The translations under genes and the position numbers were made by a program. 64,000 bases of DNA from NCBI GenBank assembly GCA_038150265.1, contig JAYOTF010000008.1:12200-76199 (forward strand), in the 5' to 3' direction. How positions within the stretch are numbered: position 1 is the stretch's first letter; the number at the start of each line of letters is the position of its first letter. The DNA comes from Deltaproteobacteria bacterium (GTDB lineage Bacteria > SAR324 > NAC60-12). Under the pieces are notes generated by a model. That model was given only the letters and a program-made list of their open reading frames with translations, was not told the origin of the DNA and did no database searches. This document shows positions 38,505 to 47,898 of this stretch, piece after piece.

Positions 38505-40214
38505 TCAAAGCTGGGCGAGGCCCGGATTGTTGGGGACTCCCTTGATGGTGGGGACGTTGGTCTGGAGGTTGGTGATGACCTTCTTGGCTCGCAGGTTCCG
38601 GGCCACAAGGTCCCACACGGGTTCGCCCTCCAGGGGCTGAGCGACACTGGCCCAGCCGCCCACCGGGTAGTCCCTGGACGGGTCAATGGGCTTGCCGTCC
38701 AGTTCCATGGCATCAATGCGTTGCCCCATTGGAGCCGTCGGGTTGATGCTGTACTGCAGGCCACCGACCCGGACCATGTCTCCTCCCTGCTGGTAGTAGG
38801 GGTCCTCATTGAAGAGGTTGTCGGCGACGTCCTCGAGAATGACCTTGAGCTGCGCTCCGGAGATGAGGTTCCGCGTCACCGTCGGATACGTCATGGAGGT
38901 TTGGGTCATGAGGTGATCAAACGTGATGGGCTGTCCGGGAAGCACACTCACTCCCCAGCGGAACCCTGGAGAGAAGGAGATCGGCGCATCAAGTTCCTCC
39001 ATCAGGGCATCACAGATGAGCTGGTCGAAGGTGCCGTTGAAGTTCCCTCGGCGGTAGAGGAGGGCTTCGGTGACAGCAAGCTCCTCGTTGAGCTTGTCGA
39101 GGTAGGGAGCCCGGACTTCGTCAATGAAGGTCTGCATGCCGGCATCCGCTGGAAGCAGGTCGGAGAAAACGGGAAGGAGCTTGTACTGGTACCCGCGGAC
39201 CTGACCGTCTCGGACATCCAGGTCGAGGACGGAGAGGTACTTGCTGTTGGATCCGGAGTTGATGACGAGGGTCTTGCCTCCGGCGTTCTCCACTTCAATG
39301 GCACGGGGAACGGCGTCGTGGGTGTGTCCGCCCATGATCGCATCGACACCGGAAACGCGGCTGGCCATCTTGAGGTCCACATCCATGCCGTTGTGGGAGA
39401 GGACGATGACCACCTCAGCCCCTTCGTCCCGAGCCTGATCGACCATCTCCTGCATGCGGTCGTCGCGGATCCCAAAGGACCACTCCGGAACCATGTACCG
39501 GGGGTTCGCAATGGGGGTGTAGGGGAAGGCCTGCCCCACAATGGCCACCGCAGTGCCGTTGATCTCCCGGATCACATAGGGGCTGAAGACCGGGTCTTCA
39601 AAAGCGGTGTCGACCACGTTTTGGGCCACAAAGTCAATGCCCGCTTCGGCAAAGTCGTTCTCAATGACCTCGGTCACACGCTCGGCGCCAAAGGTGAACT
39701 CCCAGTGCCCGGTCATGACATTGACGCCCAGGCGCTTCTGGGCATCAACCATGTCCTGGGCATTGGTCCACAACGAGGTGGCTGAGCCCTGCCACGTGTC
39801 TCCGCCGTCGAGCAGGAGTGCTCCCGGACGGTCGGCCCGGACGCGATCAACGAGGGTCTTGAGGTGGGCAAAGCCTCCCACCTTTCCAAACTGTTCAGCG
39901 GCCCGGGCAAAGTCGAGGTAGGTAAAGGCGTGGGCCTCAAGGGAGCCCTTGGGGATGCCGTAGTGCTTGAGGAAGTGCTCGCCCACCAGGTGCGGAGGGT
40001 TGCCCTGCATGCCGGCAACACCGAGGTTGATGTTGGGCTCTCGGAAGTAAATGGGCAGCAGCTGCGCATGGCAGTCGGTGTAGTGGAGGAGGGAGACGTT
40101 GCCGAATGGCTTGACGTCATAGGGGCTTTCTTGAGCCTGAAGCCTCCAGGGAGTGATCCCGGCAACGGCTGCAGCGCTCAGGAGGCCCATGAACTCCCTT
40201 CGCGACAAATGCAT
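38505..40214 (-). CDS. soxB: Thiosulfohydrolase SoxB (5'-nucleotidase/metallophosphatase family)
   Basis: 569 aa. Tat signal (SRREFMGLLSAAAVAG). Dinuclear metallophosphoesterase motifs (HYTDCH; GHTHD). Confidence 0.9.
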   Translation of the reverse strand: MHLSRREFMGLLSAAAVAGITPWRLQAQESPYDVKPFGNVSLLHYTDCHAQLLPIYFREPNINLGVAGMQGNPPHLVGEHFLKHYGIPKGSLEAHAFTYLDFARAAEQFGKVGGFAHLKTLVDRVRADRPGALLLDGGDTWQGSATSLWTNAQDMVDAQKRLGVNVMTGHWEFTFGAERVTEVIENDFAEAGIDFVAQNVVDTAFEDPVFSPYVIREINGTAVAIVGQAFPYTPIANPRYMVPEWSFGIRDDRMQEMVDQARDEGAEVVIVLSHNGMDVDLKMASRVSGVDAIMGGHTHDAVPRAIEVENAGGKTLVINSGSNSKYLSVLDLDVRDGQVRGYQYKLLPVFSDLLPADAGMQTFIDEVRAPYLDKLNEELAVTEALLYRRGNFNGTFDQLICDALMEELDAPISFSPGFRWGVSVLPGQPITFDHLMTQTSMTYPTVTRNLISGAQLKVILEDVADNLFNEDPYYQQGGDMVRVGGLQYSINPTAPMGQRIDAMELDGKPIDPSRDYPVGGWASVAQPLEGEPVWDLVARNLRAKKVITNLQTNVPTIKGVPNNPGLAQL

Positions 40215-40288
40215 AGACGAAAAACAGTATGGAAGTTGAAAAGTGACGAGGCGAGGCCCTTTGCCGGAGCAAGGGGCCTCCGGAGGGA

Positions 40289-40591
40289 TCAGAAGCGGGG
40301 GCCCGCGTCTTTCTGGCTCATGGCTTGAGCGTATCCCAGCTCTCCCCAGTCCCGAACCATGATCACCAGCTTGCAGGCTTCTTCATAGTTGCCTGCCTTG
40401 GCTGCGGCTTCCGCATCCTTCATGGGGTTGGGCAGGGTGGCCATCCACCATTCGCCTCCCACCGAGGCGGCCTTCTTGCGAGACGCCTCTGCTTCCGCGT
40501 GGTACTGCTTGTAGGTGTCCTGGTTGCACTGAGCCAGGGCGACTCCTGAGGTCAGGAGGGCGGCTCCAAGCAATAGGGTGAGTTTTTTCAT
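40289..40591 (-). CDS. Small secreted protein, SoxK-like (putative SoxAX-binding subunit)
   Basis: 100 aa. Signal peptide. Located between soxA and soxB, as soxK is in Chlorobi-type clusters. Assignment rests mainly on position and size. Confidence 0.5.
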   Translation of the reverse strand: MKKLTLLLGAALLTSGVALAQCNQDTYKQYHAEAEASRKKAASVGGEWWMATLPNPMKDAEAAAKAGNYEEACKLVIMVRDWGELGYAQAMSQKDAGPRF

Positions 40592-40601
40592 CAGAACCTC
40601 C

Positions 40602-41459
40602 TTATTTACGGGCGCCCGGCGAGTTGATCGCCAAGCCGTTACTCATGTAAGCAAGGAAGTACTCCAGGTTCCGGTACTCTGGGCCTTGCGCTTTGAAGGA
40701 TTTGGCTCGGACCTGCTCGTTGCAGCCTCCGAAGCGGCGGTGCAGGGTTCCCATGGCGCCCCACTTGGAGCGGTACACCGGAAAGTGCGTGGTGTGGCCA
40801 AGGGACGGGCTGAGGGTTTCCGAGCGGACCCGCATGCCGGAGTTGTACACATGGCAGTCGGCACAGGACATGTTGAGCTGTCCGCGCTTGGCGTAGTAGT
40901 GGTGCTTCCCGGCCTCATAGGCGGCCAGGGCTCCAGAGGTGCTGGGCGCTTCCAGGTTCTGCACCTTGCCGCGGGACATGAATCCGACGTAGGCGCTCAG
41001 CGAGGCGATCTTGCCCTTCTTCCACCCGAACGGCTTCTCTCCGTTGGCTTCCCGGCACTCGTTCAGAGCGAGCTCGAGGGTGACGACCATTTGGCGCTCC
41101 TCGTTCCAATGCGGGTAGTGCTGCTTGATGCCGTCTTCCAGCTGGTAGGGGAAGCAGTCCTGGTACGTCTTGCCATTGGCAAAGGGCGTGTTCCACAGCT
41201 CCTCCCCCTCACCAAGGGCGAGTTCATACGGAGGGAACTCCTCAATGGTCAGCCACTCCTCACGACCTGCTGCATTGACCGGCAGGGCGTAGGCGCCATC
41301 GACGTAGTCTTCCATCGCAATTTCCGGGAACCGCTGCTGGAAGTACTGGACAAAGTGCTGGCGGTCTTCCTCTGGGTTGGCTTCGGCCCAGACGCTTGAG
41401 ACCACTCCTCCGCTCACCAGAAGGAGGCTGAGGGCACTGATCATAAATTTCTTCATCAT
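40602..41459 (-). CDS. soxA: SoxA cytochrome c (monohaem type)
   Basis: 285 aa. Signal peptide. Single CxxCH (CADCH). Conserved Cys near the C-terminus (GGCNEQ), as in SoxA. Confidence 0.85.
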   Translation of the reverse strand: MMKKFMISALSLLLVSGGVVSSVWAEANPEEDRQHFVQYFQQRFPEIAMEDYVDGAYALPVNAAGREEWLTIEEFPPYELALGEGEELWNTPFANGKTYQDCFPYQLEDGIKQHYPHWNEERQMVVTLELALNECREANGEKPFGWKKGKIASLSAYVGFMSRGKVQNLEAPSTSGALAAYEAGKHHYYAKRGQLNMSCADCHVYNSGMRVRSETLSPSLGHTTHFPVYRSKWGAMGTLHRRFGGCNEQVRAKSFKAQGPEYRNLEYFLAYMSNGLAINSPGARK

Positions 41460-41505
41460 TATCTCCTAACGGGATGAGGAGGGTGCCGCCTCATCCGGGT
41501 TAACG

Positions 41506-41814
41506 TTAGCGAACGCTGGTTTTACCGGTGAAGGTCTCTCCCTTGTTGTCAACACAGGTCAGCTCAACCTTGTCTCCCTTCTGGCCCGTGTACTGGAAGG
41601 CGAGGTAGGGATTCTTGGAAACGGCCACGCTCCACTGGGCATTGAGCATGGTGGTGCCGTTGACCTTGGCTTCCACGGTCTGAATGAAGTACTCGGGGAT
41701 GAGGTTCCCGTTCTTGTCCTTGGCCTGCCCGGTGTCCATGGGGTGCTGAACGAGGGCTTTGACCTCCACCACGTTTCCGGTTGCCTTTGCGCGCATGCGA
41801 ACACTGTTTGCCAT
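41506..41814 (-). CDS. soxZ: SoxZ sulfur-carrier complex subunit
   Basis: 102 aa. Ig-like SoxZ signature (...EYFIQTVEAKVNGTTM...). Confidence 0.85.
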   Translation of the reverse strand: MANSVRMRAKATGNVVEVKALVQHPMDTGQAKDKNGNLIPEYFIQTVEAKVNGTTMLNAQWSVAVSKNPYLAFQYTGQKGDKVELTCVDNKGETFTGKTSVR

Positions 41815-41860
41815 AATGGTCTCCTGGAGTGCCTAAAGTGAGGGGGAATGTTGTCCGAAA

Positions 41861-42325
41861 TTAACCGCCGCAGCCACCAATGGTGACCTTCACTTCCTTG
41901 GTCGCCTGGTACAGCTTGCCATCGGCCTTGACCACTGCGTGAACGTTGGAAGTCTTTCCCATCTTCAAGCGTGTGGAGGCGTAACCCCGCATGCCTGCGC
42001 CAAAGTTGAACTCGGCAGCCAGCGGAGACGGGTTGGCTTCCACCAAAATGGAGATGGACTCAATGTTCGGCAGCTCACTCTCCACCGTCACCGGGACCAC
42101 AGCGCCGTTTTCGGCGATGTCCGGAGCCTTGAGGATGATGTTGTCGGATTCTTCCATGCTGCTGGAGCCATACAGCTCGCTGATCGCATCGGTGTACTGC
42201 TTGGACTTGAAGGCCTTCTGGTTCCAGGCGGCAAGCAGCTGCTTCGGCAGGGCCAGGCCGGCGACTGCCAGAGAAGCCAGGGTGCCCGTCCGAAATACGT
42301 TGTGCAAGAATGATCTTCGGTTCAT
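41861..42325 (-). CDS. soxY: SoxY sulfur carrier (C-terminal GGCGG)
   Basis: 154 aa. Tat-like signal. Ends ...VKVTIGGCGG, the diagnostic SoxY swinging-arm Cys motif. Confidence 0.9.
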   Translation of the reverse strand: MNRRSFLHNVFRTGTLASLAVAGLALPKQLLAAWNQKAFKSKQYTDAISELYGSSSMEESDNIILKAPDIAENGAVVPVTVESELPNIESISILVEANPSPLAAEFNFGAGMRGYASTRLKMGKTSNVHAVVKADGKLYQATKEVKVTIGGCGG

Positions 42326-42364
42326 GAGATCTCTCCTCGTGTGCGTTGATGGTGAAAGGTGGGA

Positions 42365-42706
42365 TTAGAGCGAATAGATGTAGTCTGCAACCAGATCCAC
42401 TTCTTCTTCCGTCAGGATCTTATGCTTCCCAAAGGGAGGCATGAAGGTGTTGGGGTTGTTCACCGTTGGGTCCCAGATCTGGGAACGGAGGGCGGCCTTG
42501 GAAGGAAAGCGGCTCTTCATCATCATCAAAGGCGGAGCCGTGTTTCCCGGCAGGTCTCCGTCGTCCATCATGTGACAGGCCAAGCAATTGCCCTTGGTAC
42601 GGTCCCAGGCAATCGCCTTCCCTTGGGCAATGCGCTCAGCATCGCTTGCTCCCCAGGCGGCGCCTGCCAGCAGCAGGGCGAATCCGGTGATTAGCGTTTT
42701 TCTCAT
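42365..42706 (-). CDS. soxX: SoxX monohaem cytochrome c
   Basis: Start set at ATG 42706 (MRKTLITGFALLLAGAAWGA, signal peptide) with GAGGGG 5 nt upstream. CLACH haem motif. Confidence 0.8.
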   Translation of the reverse strand: MRKTLITGFALLLAGAAWGASDAERIAQGKAIAWDRTKGNCLACHMMDDGDLPGNTAPPLMMMKSRFPSKAALRSQIWDPTVNNPNTFMPPFGKHKILTEEEVDLVADYIYSL

Positions 42707-42793
42707 GATCCCCTCATGAATTTGGATTGGTACCGACTGACCTTGGGGTAACACACCAATCAGCTCGGTAGTATTTGAGTATTCAAATAAAAG

Positions 42794-42810
42794 AAATCGC
42801 TTGGCGATTT
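42794..42810. promoter_or_regulatory. Perfect 7-3-7 palindrome AAATCGC-TTG-GCGATTT in the AT-rich soxX promoter region
   Basis: Read directly from the sequence. It lies about 90 nt upstream of the soxX start, in the divergent intergenic region between soxX and the 43008 gene. Candidate operator for a dimeric regulator. Confidence 0.4.
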
Positions 42811-43007
42811 AGGGTAGAATCAAAGCACATCCCATGGGGAAGTGCAAGACCCTCCCTCCGTAAAGTTACGGACTCCTCCGCCTCCTTGCGCTTCGTGGCA
42901 TCCCCATCCCGAGATGCATCGTGCTACTTGAATGTTAGGGCCATTTGGGCAAGATTAAGACACGCCCCACACTCAGGCGCCTTTCGATTCATCAGCAGTG
43001 GAACTCA

Positions 43008-43469
43008 ATGTTTGGATTATTTGGTAGCAAGAAGCCCCTCAAGCCCAGCGGGCACGACGTGGAGCGGGCTGACTGGGAAACCTTTTTGGATCAGGTGTAC
43101 GTCAAGACGATCCAGGGGAAAGCCGGGGGCATCGCGGTGATCTCGAATACCGTCCGGAACAACTCCAAGGATGTGGAAGGGCATGTGGCCGAAGAGTTGA
43201 CCTATCGGCTCAAGCGGAACATCGACCAGAAGCAGGGGCTGCAGGTCCGGAAGTTTGACTATGGCAAGTTCCAGCAGGTCTTCGAGGGCTTTTCCCGGAA
43301 TTCCGACCAGACGTTCTTCCGGACGCGGCAAGTTCTGCCAGCGGAGGTCCTGGTCTTTCCGCTGTTTCAAGGAGAGAAGCGGGCGCTGGTCATTCTGGAA
43401 GCCACGCTTCCGGAGCCCAACCTGAAGCGGGCCCTGGCCAACATTGAGTCTGAGATGCGCAAGGCCTGA
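43008..43469 (+). CDS. Hypothetical cytoplasmic protein divergent from the sox operon
   Basis: 154 aa from ATG 43008 (MFGLFGSKKPLKPSGHDVERADWETFLDQVYVK...). No signal peptide. No recognised family. Confidence 0.45.
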   Translation: MFGLFGSKKPLKPSGHDVERADWETFLDQVYVKTIQGKAGGIAVISNTVRNNSKDVEGHVAEELTYRLKRNIDQKQGLQVRKFDYGKFQQVFEGFSRNSDQTFFRTRQVLPAEVLVFPLFQGEKRALVILEATLPEPNLKRALANIESEMRKA

Positions 43470-43472
43470 CGC

Positions 43473-44039
43473 TCAGAAGAAGAGTCCGAATCCGATCAGG
43501 ACCTGTCGGGTCGCCGCAGTGATGACGGTGCCGATGGGGTTCGGGCTAGCCGAGGAACGGTAGCCTCGGTATTCCACCTCATCACCCCGCATGCCCACCA
43601 GCAGCTCTCCTCCCAGAAACGGGAGCCCCAGCAGCCCCAACGCCGTTTTTCCCTCAACGTTGCCCGTCGCATAAACCGCACCGTTTTGCCAGAGCATCGA
43701 CTCACCGGCGGTGATGGTCCCCACGCCAAGGGTGAGGCTCCAGCGTTCGCCAAGCGTGTAGGACACATCAAAGCTGTCAGCGCTCACCGAAACCGGATTT
43801 CCCGCGACGGAACCATCGGTTTGCATGTTGGAGATGCCAAAGCCGAATCCATTGCCAAAGAGCAGGGAAAACCCCTTCCCGCTGGACTGGGACGCGTCTT
43901 CCGGATCCTGCTGATCCAGCTGCAGGGTTCCGGTTTCACTCCGGGGCGCGACGAAGCGCAGACGCCACGGGGGACCAGCGGCCTCAAGGGTGGTGGTGAG
44001 GAGGAAAAAACCGAGAAAGAAGAGGCCAAAAAGTCGCAT
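43473..44039 (-). CDS. Small outer-membrane beta-barrel protein
   Basis: 188 aa. Signal peptide (MRLFGLFFLGFFLLTTTLEAA). Alternating hydrophobic beta-strand pattern. C-terminal Phe (..GFGLFF). Confidence 0.65.
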   Translation of the reverse strand: MRLFGLFFLGFFLLTTTLEAAGPPWRLRFVAPRSETGTLQLDQQDPEDASQSSGKGFSLLFGNGFGFGISNMQTDGSVAGNPVSVSADSFDVSYTLGERWSLTLGVGTITAGESMLWQNGAVYATGNVEGKTALGLLGLPFLGGELLVGMRGDEVEYRGYRSSASPNPIGTVITAATRQVLIGFGLFF

Positions 44040-44117
44040 GAAGAGTCGCCGAGTTGAAGGTCTTGCGTTGTTCGAGCAAGGCCATGCAAATTCAAGGCAA
44101 CAGCGACGCAGTTGGCA

Positions 44118-44336
44118 TCATCGGCAGGAAACGAGCACCTGGGCGTCTCCTTCCTGAAGGGAAAGCCCAAGCACGTTGAGGCGAGAACCACAGAGGAAGT
44201 CGGCACGCCGAAAGCAGTAGTGGGGCGTGTCCTGACACGAAATCAGGTACTTGGAGTCCGGAACCGTCCGGTACTGCAACGACGAGCCTGAAGAGCAGGC
44301 GGTCAGCAACACTGCACTCAGCCAGAGGTACTTCAT
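44118..44336 (-). CDS. Small lipoprotein (hypothetical)
   Basis: 72 aa. Lipobox (LLTAC|SSG). Four further Cys residues. Start overlaps the stop of the upstream EEP gene by 4 nt. Confidence 0.4.
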   Translation of the reverse strand: MKYLWLSAVLLTACSSGSSLQYRTVPDSKYLISCQDTPHYCFRRADFLCGSRLNVLGLSLQEGDAQVLVSCR

Positions 44337-45163
44337 GGTTCCAGCTCCAGCCAGATGGGTTGATGATCAGAGGCCGTGGTATCGGTGTCTACCCACAGCC
44401 GCCGGACTTGCTTGCGGACGGGTCCGGAGGCGAAGAAGTAGTCTCGGCAGTGAGGACCGCCGGGCCACTGAGGGTCCGGATGCACGCCACAGGTGGCCGG
44501 GTGCGGCTGCTTCGGATCCAGCAGCCTCCAGGCGTCTTCCCACACCGGAGCCCCGTCTGTTGAGGTGAGGTGGGCGTAGGACTGGCTTTCGGGCGTGAAG
44601 TTGAAGTCTCCGCAGATGAGCGCTCCCGGAGGCACGGGTGGGCCCTCAAACGGCGTCCCGGGCTTCTGGGGGCCGGGCAGGGCCGCCTGGTCCTGGGCTT
44701 CCAGTTCATGCTCCCGGAGGGCTTCGACCTGAGCCAGCTGCTGGAACTCCGAGAAAAACTCCAGGTGTGTGGTCAGCAACCGGAAGCCTGCCTCAAGCGA
44801 AAGCTCAATGGCCTGCCGGGGCATGGACAAAAACTTGGGGTCTGCCGGTTGCGGAAGCCGGTGATGCAGCACCTGGGTCCACGGTAGCCGGGAGAGGATC
44901 AGGTTTCCGAAGCCAAAGCGCTCGCTCAGTCGGGCTCCCGGACGCTCCAAAGCCGGGCCCCAGAAGGCCTCGTAGCCTGGAAACGCCTGCTGAATGTCGC
45001 GGAGCTGATCGGCGCCTCCCAGGTGCGGATCATGACGCGAGACCTCCTGAAAACAGATCAGGTCCGGGTCTCCGGCCTTCACCACTGCACAGGCTCGGGA
45101 CAAATGGACCTGCCCGTCGATTCCCTTCCCATACTGAATGTTCCAGCTGACGATCCGGACCAT
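44333..45163 (-). CDS. Endonuclease/exonuclease/phosphatase (EEP) family hydrolase
   Basis: 276 aa. N-terminal motif (IVSWNIQYGKG...LICFQEV) and C-terminal motif (SDHQPIWLELE) of the EEP family. Confidence 0.8.
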   Translation of the reverse strand: MVRIVSWNIQYGKGIDGQVHLSRACAVVKAGDPDLICFQEVSRHDPHLGGADQLRDIQQAFPGYEAFWGPALERPGARLSERFGFGNLILSRLPWTQVLHHRLPQPADPKFLSMPRQAIELSLEAGFRLLTTHLEFFSEFQQLAQVEALREHELEAQDQAALPGPQKPGTPFEGPPVPPGALICGDFNFTPESQSYAHLTSTDGAPVWEDAWRLLDPKQPHPATCGVHPDPQWPGGPHCRDYFFASGPVRKQVRRLWVDTDTTASDHQPIWLELEP

Positions 45164-45166
45164 GGC

Positions 45167-46789
45167 CTACATCCGGAAGGGTTTTTCGGACCGCTGCATG
45201 CGTTCCAGAATCGCTTCAAAGCGCAACTCCGTGACCACTGTTTCCTTGAACAGGTTGGCCGAGAAGGAATAGAGCCAGTTTCGGGAGATCAGGTACACGG
45301 GACCCTTCCAGACCATGTTGAGGTTCTTGAGGGTGGGCTTGATCCAGTCCTTGCGCAGCCGGCGACCGTCGTCGCGGTGGTAGAGCAGCAGTCCGCCGTC
45401 CTGGAAGTCGGTGTCAATGAGGTAGATGCGGGGGCGGTGGAAGTGCGTGAAGAACTGGAGCATTTCCTCCTTCACCGGCTCCGGGTCGAGCCAAACGTAC
45501 GTCCGGTCCTCCTGAACGATGCTGTCTGGCGGCAAGCGCAGGCGCTGAGCCTCGGCTCGGTGGAAGCGGTTGAGGTGGAACTCATGGACCAGCGCAGGTG
45601 TCAGGAAGCGCCGGAGGAATTCGTAATCCGTCACCGTCCGGATGAGGTTTTCCATGTACGAAACCGGTGGCTGGTGGGGCTCTCGGTGCCACTGATCCTT
45701 GACCGACTGGTCGGTTTCCTCAGTGTACTCCAGCGACACCTTGCCGTCCTGGTAAAGCTCCTCAATGTGGTTCCAGAGGTGGAAGCCCAGGTGGTAGGGG
45801 TTTCGAGCGTAGTAGGGGCGTGGGTAGCAGACCCCCGAAAAGACCCGGGCGTAGTCGATGATCCCGGTAACGGCCTTCTCCTTGAACAGCTCCAGCATGA
45901 TCTTCTTCTCCCAGTACATCGCCCAGCCTTCGTTCATGACTTGGGTCCGGATGATGAAATCGTGGGTGAAGTGCGTGGTGTAAAGGTAGTTCAGCAGCGT
46001 CTTTTCCGAGCGGCTCGTGGGGGCATGGTTCCGGAGAAAGCCAAAGATGTCCTGACAGGGCGCCCGGAGCTTGTACCCCTTGCGGCTGAGGGTTTCCTGC
46101 CGGAGCTTCGACTGCATCTCCTTGTACCAGGCCTGATCCGGATCCTGCTGATGCAGCAGCGCATCCAGGGTTGAGGAGACCGGCGCAAAGAGCGGGTCTG
46201 GCTGGGGCTCCGGAACATGGGTGTCCGTTTCTTGCTGACGTGCCGGGGTGTCGGTTTCAACCGACCGAGCCAGGTTGTACTGGGAGTGGGGGGCAATGAG
46301 CGAGATGAGGGACTCGCAGGCGTTCCAGTACTGAGAGTAATGCACCTCTCCCATCTGCTGTCGGGCGCGGTCCACCTTGCGGACCAGGTGCATCACGTAT
46401 TCGGTGCGGTCCTGTGTGGAGTCCCGGAGGACGTTCAGCTCGGAGAACTCGCAGTGCCCCACGACGTGGGCCATCACCGACGCCTGCATCATCGGCGAGT
46501 TGGTGTGGTTGAGGTAGGCGTAGGACGGGTTTCCGGTCTGGACCACCTCATAATAGATGGCCGACTCCTGTCCGGTCTCAACCCGGTGCTTGCGTCCGAC
46601 CATGCGTTTGCCCTCCCAGATGTTGACGGGGGAGGTGGGGTAGACGCCCTTCTCCAGGAGCGACATGAACTCCAGGCTGTCCAGCACAAAGAAGCGCATC
46701 TCCGGAAGGGTCCGGCCAAAGCTCCGGGCATGGTGCAGGACCCGTTGTTCCAGCAGGTGCAGTTCAGGATCGTTTTGAATGCTGTGCAT
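45167..46789 (-). CDS. SpoVR-family protein
   Basis: 540 aa. Conserved SpoVR N-terminal region (AYLNHTNSPMMQASVMAHVVGHCEF). Confidence 0.85.
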   Translation of the reverse strand: MHSIQNDPELHLLEQRVLHHARSFGRTLPEMRFFVLDSLEFMSLLEKGVYPTSPVNIWEGKRMVGRKHRVETGQESAIYYEVVQTGNPSYAYLNHTNSPMMQASVMAHVVGHCEFSELNVLRDSTQDRTEYVMHLVRKVDRARQQMGEVHYSQYWNACESLISLIAPHSQYNLARSVETDTPARQQETDTHVPEPQPDPLFAPVSSTLDALLHQQDPDQAWYKEMQSKLRQETLSRKGYKLRAPCQDIFGFLRNHAPTSRSEKTLLNYLYTTHFTHDFIIRTQVMNEGWAMYWEKKIMLELFKEKAVTGIIDYARVFSGVCYPRPYYARNPYHLGFHLWNHIEELYQDGKVSLEYTEETDQSVKDQWHREPHQPPVSYMENLIRTVTDYEFLRRFLTPALVHEFHLNRFHRAEAQRLRLPPDSIVQEDRTYVWLDPEPVKEEMLQFFTHFHRPRIYLIDTDFQDGGLLLYHRDDGRRLRKDWIKPTLKNLNMVWKGPVYLISRNWLYSFSANLFKETVVTELRFEAILERMQRSEKPFRM

Positions 46790-47850
46790 CAGCGTTCCGC
46801 GAACAGGGTTTTGATCACTTCAATGGTTTCCAGACGGTCATTGATCTCGCCGAGGCGGATCACCTGGTCCCGGTGAAACTGAGTGGCCACCTGGCGGTTG
46901 AGCAGGCTGAGCCGCCCCGGCTGAACCTCAACGATGCCAATGCGGTTGAAGATGGGCCGCATCTGGTCTTCAAGAACCGTGACGATCTCCTTGGCGTCTT
47001 CATCAAAGAGCTCGCCGTCTCCAAAGTAGAATCCGTAAAAATTGGTTGAGGCCGGGTCATATTCATTGGTGGCCACCTGATGCACCAATTGATACACCGG
47101 CGCGGCCAGGGTGCCTCCGGAGTTTCCGACCTGGTAGAAGTCTTCCTCCTGCACCTCATGGGCTTCGGCATCATGGACAAAGAAGCGGTGCTCCACATTC
47201 TTGGCGCCATAGTTGAAGTCGATCCAGTGCTGGATGAACCCAACCAGTCGCTTCTCAAGCTTGAGGCGCTCGCCGTAGGTGGAGAACGAGATGTCGCCCA
47301 TGTAGAAGACGACCGCCTTGAACTTCGGCTTCTCCACGCGTTCCGGAACCTTGTAGCGCCGGTCGCGTCGGTGGAACTCAATGGTGTGCTTGCCAACCTC
47401 CGGGCGGTACACCTCCATGCCGATGCTGGTCTTCAGCGCCCGCTTGAAGGTCCGCTTCTTGTCCAGCACCGCCCCAACGGGTCCGAAGGTCTTGAACTCG
47501 TGGGTCACCTCCTTGATGCGGCCCTTGCCTTCCTTCTTCAGGTTGGGCAGGCGCAGGGAGCGGGAAACACGCTCCATGAGGAAGTCGAAGGGGACACTGA
47601 AGCGAATCTTGCCTCCGCCTCGTCCGGGTCCTGCTCCTCCACTTCCGCCGCCCCCACCTTCGTCTCCATAGGTGAAGGTCGGCGCGATGATGTCGTCGAT
47701 TTCTACAATGACGTCACTCCCGCGATCGCCCACCGACGTCAGGTCACCTTCCGTCAAAATGGAGTCCACCAGGTTTTCGAGCTGGTCCTCGATGAACTCG
47801 TTGAAGGCGCCTTCCGACTCGCTGGAGGAGATGCTGTCGGTTTCAAGCAT
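46789..47850 (-). CDS. YeaH/YhbH (DUF444) family protein
   Basis: 353 aa. Gly-rich loop (GGGGGSGGAGPGRGGG). DUF444 core with vWA-like C-terminal part. 1-nt overlap with spoVR. Confidence 0.85.
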   Translation of the reverse strand: MLETDSISSSESEGAFNEFIEDQLENLVDSILTEGDLTSVGDRGSDVIVEIDDIIAPTFTYGDEGGGGGSGGAGPGRGGGKIRFSVPFDFLMERVSRSLRLPNLKKEGKGRIKEVTHEFKTFGPVGAVLDKKRTFKRALKTSIGMEVYRPEVGKHTIEFHRRDRRYKVPERVEKPKFKAVVFYMGDISFSTYGERLKLEKRLVGFIQHWIDFNYGAKNVEHRFFVHDAEAHEVQEEDFYQVGNSGGTLAAPVYQLVHQVATNEYDPASTNFYGFYFGDGELFDEDAKEIVTVLEDQMRPIFNRIGIVEVQPGRLSLLNRQVATQFHRDQVIRLGEINDRLETIEVIKTLFAER

Positions 47851-47898
47851 GGTCGTCCCGTTGGAGAAGAAGCGGAGCCTGGCCCTGGAGGTCAGGGG

